From assembly GCA_018653315.1 (NCBI GenBank), contig JABIAL010000037.1, positions 1,487 through 65,486 on the forward strand: a stretch of 64,000 nucleotides of DNA, given 5' to 3'. The DNA is from a bacterium. GTDB lineage: Bacteria > Patescibacteriota > Patescibacteriia > UBA1558 > GWA2-36-10. The position numbers were made by a program, and so were the translations under genes. The notes under the pieces are model-generated. The model was not told the origin of the DNA, ran no database searches, and was given only the letters and a program-made list of their open reading frames with translations. Shown here in pieces: positions 62,722 to 64,000 of the stretch; within the stretch, counting starts at the first letter, position 1; every line of letters begins with the position of its first letter.

Positions 62722-62952
62722 TCAGACTGGATAATCTGGGTCATCATCCGGAAAAGCCAACTGGTCGGCTTTGACTTCAGAGATACCTGAGGTAGGCGAA
62801 ACGAACAAATAGGTATTGTACGCTGTCTTACCAATTATTCGACCTTGTGATCCTTCATTCAACATCAACATGCCATACTTCATGGCCCAACTGGCTTGAG
62901 TATCAGGGCTACCCAACACTGCACTCTCTGACAATCTCAACATTTCTGTCAT
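62722..62952 (-). CDS. Orphan protein (76 aa)
   Basis: AGGAGG SD; own promoter. Confidence 0.65.
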   Translation of the reverse strand: MTEMLRLSESAVLGSPDTQASWAMKYGMLMLNEGSQGRIIGKTAYNTYLFVSPTSGISEVKADQLAFPDDDPDYPV

Positions 62953-62970
62953 AACTCCTCCTGCTTGTTA

Positions 62971-63024
62971 GTTGTAAGGTTCATTAATGTCTGCTATATT
63001 AGCATAAAATGCTAAAAAAGTCAA
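62971..63024 (-). promoter_or_regulatory. sigma70 promoter plus boxA-like motif
   Basis: TTGACT(63024-63019)-N17-TAATAT with TG extension; GAACCTTACAAC begins 13 nt downstream. Confidence 0.7.
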
Positions 63025-63090
63025 GAGGCATGTTATTTTCTTGCTATTTTCTAAGGAAAACATTAAAATAAACATACTCATAATAATTCT

Positions 63091-64000
63091 ATGATTACTT
63101 TTGAAGATTTAAAAAAAGTCCTATTAACCGATTATGCTGATGAAAATATAAATATTATCATCAAGGCTTTTCATTTTGCCTCAGAAGCTCATCGTGGCCA
63201 AAAACGTCGTACTGGTGAAGATTATATCTACCACTCTATTGCTACTGCTCACACCTTGGCTAAGATGAAAATGGACGTGCCAACTATTGCCGCTGGTTTA
63301 TTACATGATGTACCAGAAGATACAGATTTTACTCTAGAAGATGTTAAAAATGTTTTTGGTAAAGAAATAGCCGGTTTAGTAAAAGGCATTACAAAATTAA
63401 GTACTCTTAAATATCGTGGCCTAGAACGTTATGCTGAAAATTTACGCAAAATGTTTTTGGCTATGTCCAAAGACTTACGAGTAATTATTATAAAACTAGC
63501 CGACCGTCTGCATAACATGCAGACTCTAGAAGGTGTTCGTCCGGAAAAACGTTTGCGTATTGCTCAAGAAACTTTAGAAATATTTGCACCGATTGCCAAT
63601 CGCTTAGGCATGTTTGAAATAAAAACTAAACTAGAAGATTTAGCTTTTATTTATGTTTATCCTGACGAATATAATTGGGTAAAAAATTTAGTTCAAGACC
63701 GTTTGAAAACTGAAACTAAATACATTGAAAAAATTAAAAAAATAGCCCAACGAGATTTAGCCAAACATAATGTAAGTTACATTCAAATAAGAGGACGAAT
63801 AAAAAGCTTATATAGTTTATACCACAAATTGTTACGCAAAGGAAAAGATCTAAATAAAGTATATGATTTAATTGCCTTGCGTATTATTGTGCCAGATGTA
63901 ACGGATTGTTATAGTGTCTTAGGCATCATTCATAAACGCTGGACGCCCCTCAAGGGACGAGTTAAAGATTATATTGCTCAACCAAAACCAAATGGCTATC
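63091..64000 (+). CDS. RelA/SpoT (p)ppGpp synthetase/hydrolase, truncated by the window end
   Basis: AH.GQ.R.TGE.Y..H, GLLHDV.ED, KLADRLHNM, APIANRLG, GRIKSLYS, KDYIAQPKPNGY. Confidence 0.95.
   Translation, partial: MITFEDLKKVLLTDYADENINIIIKAFHFASEAHRGQKRRTGEDYIYHSIATAHTLAKMKMDVPTIAAGLLHDVPEDTDFTLEDVKNVFGKEIAGLVKGITKLSTLKYRGLERYAENLRKMFLAMSKDLRVIIIKLADRLHNMQTLEGVRPEKRLRIAQETLEIFAPIANRLGMFEIKTKLEDLAFIYVYPDEYNWVKNLVQDRLKTETKYIEKIKKIAQRDLAKHNVSYIQIRGRIKSLYSLYHKLLRKGKDLNKVYDLIALRIIVPDVTDCYSVLGIIHKRWTPLKGRVKDYIAQPKPNGY

Noticed and set aside
62682-62834. Longer 125-aa version of ORF 62457-62834, or a programmed frameshift joining the two orphans
   Set aside because: It overlaps the 76-aa ORF, the ATG at 62681 has its own SD, and I saw no slippery site.

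Overview
AT-rich bacterial chromosome segment, mostly housekeeping genes on the minus strand. These cover translation (rpsU, rplA/K, hisS, pheST, metG, glyS, ileS, pth, der, tgt, rsmI), secE-nusG, gyrB, topA, recO, rmuC, dprA, a UvrD-nuclease fusion, a complete F1Fo ATP synthase operon, proteases and a truncated relA/spoT. The pilin-Ig genes, gene content and mostly SD-less AT-rich start regions suggest Patescibacteria/CPR (inference). I saw no rRNA, tRNA, CRISPR, integrase or transposase. Two window-wide patterns stand out. (1) Several families of 15-25 bp GC-rich palindromes occur both between genes and in frame inside conserved genes (ileS, gyrB, rplK, atpZ, an AftA-like gene), and some are nested inside each other. 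(2) Five self-contained orphan units share a sigma70 promoter with a 17-bp spacer, a boxA-like motif 12-13 nt after the -10 box, and their own terminator; four encode SD-led orphan proteins and one looks like a ~170-nt ncRNA. Protein oddities include a membrane-anchored Clp ATPase lacking both pore-loop tyrosines, a TGT lacking all four Zn ligands, and a Thr-to-Pro change in the AtpA P-loop. All calls were made by eye; no searches were run.
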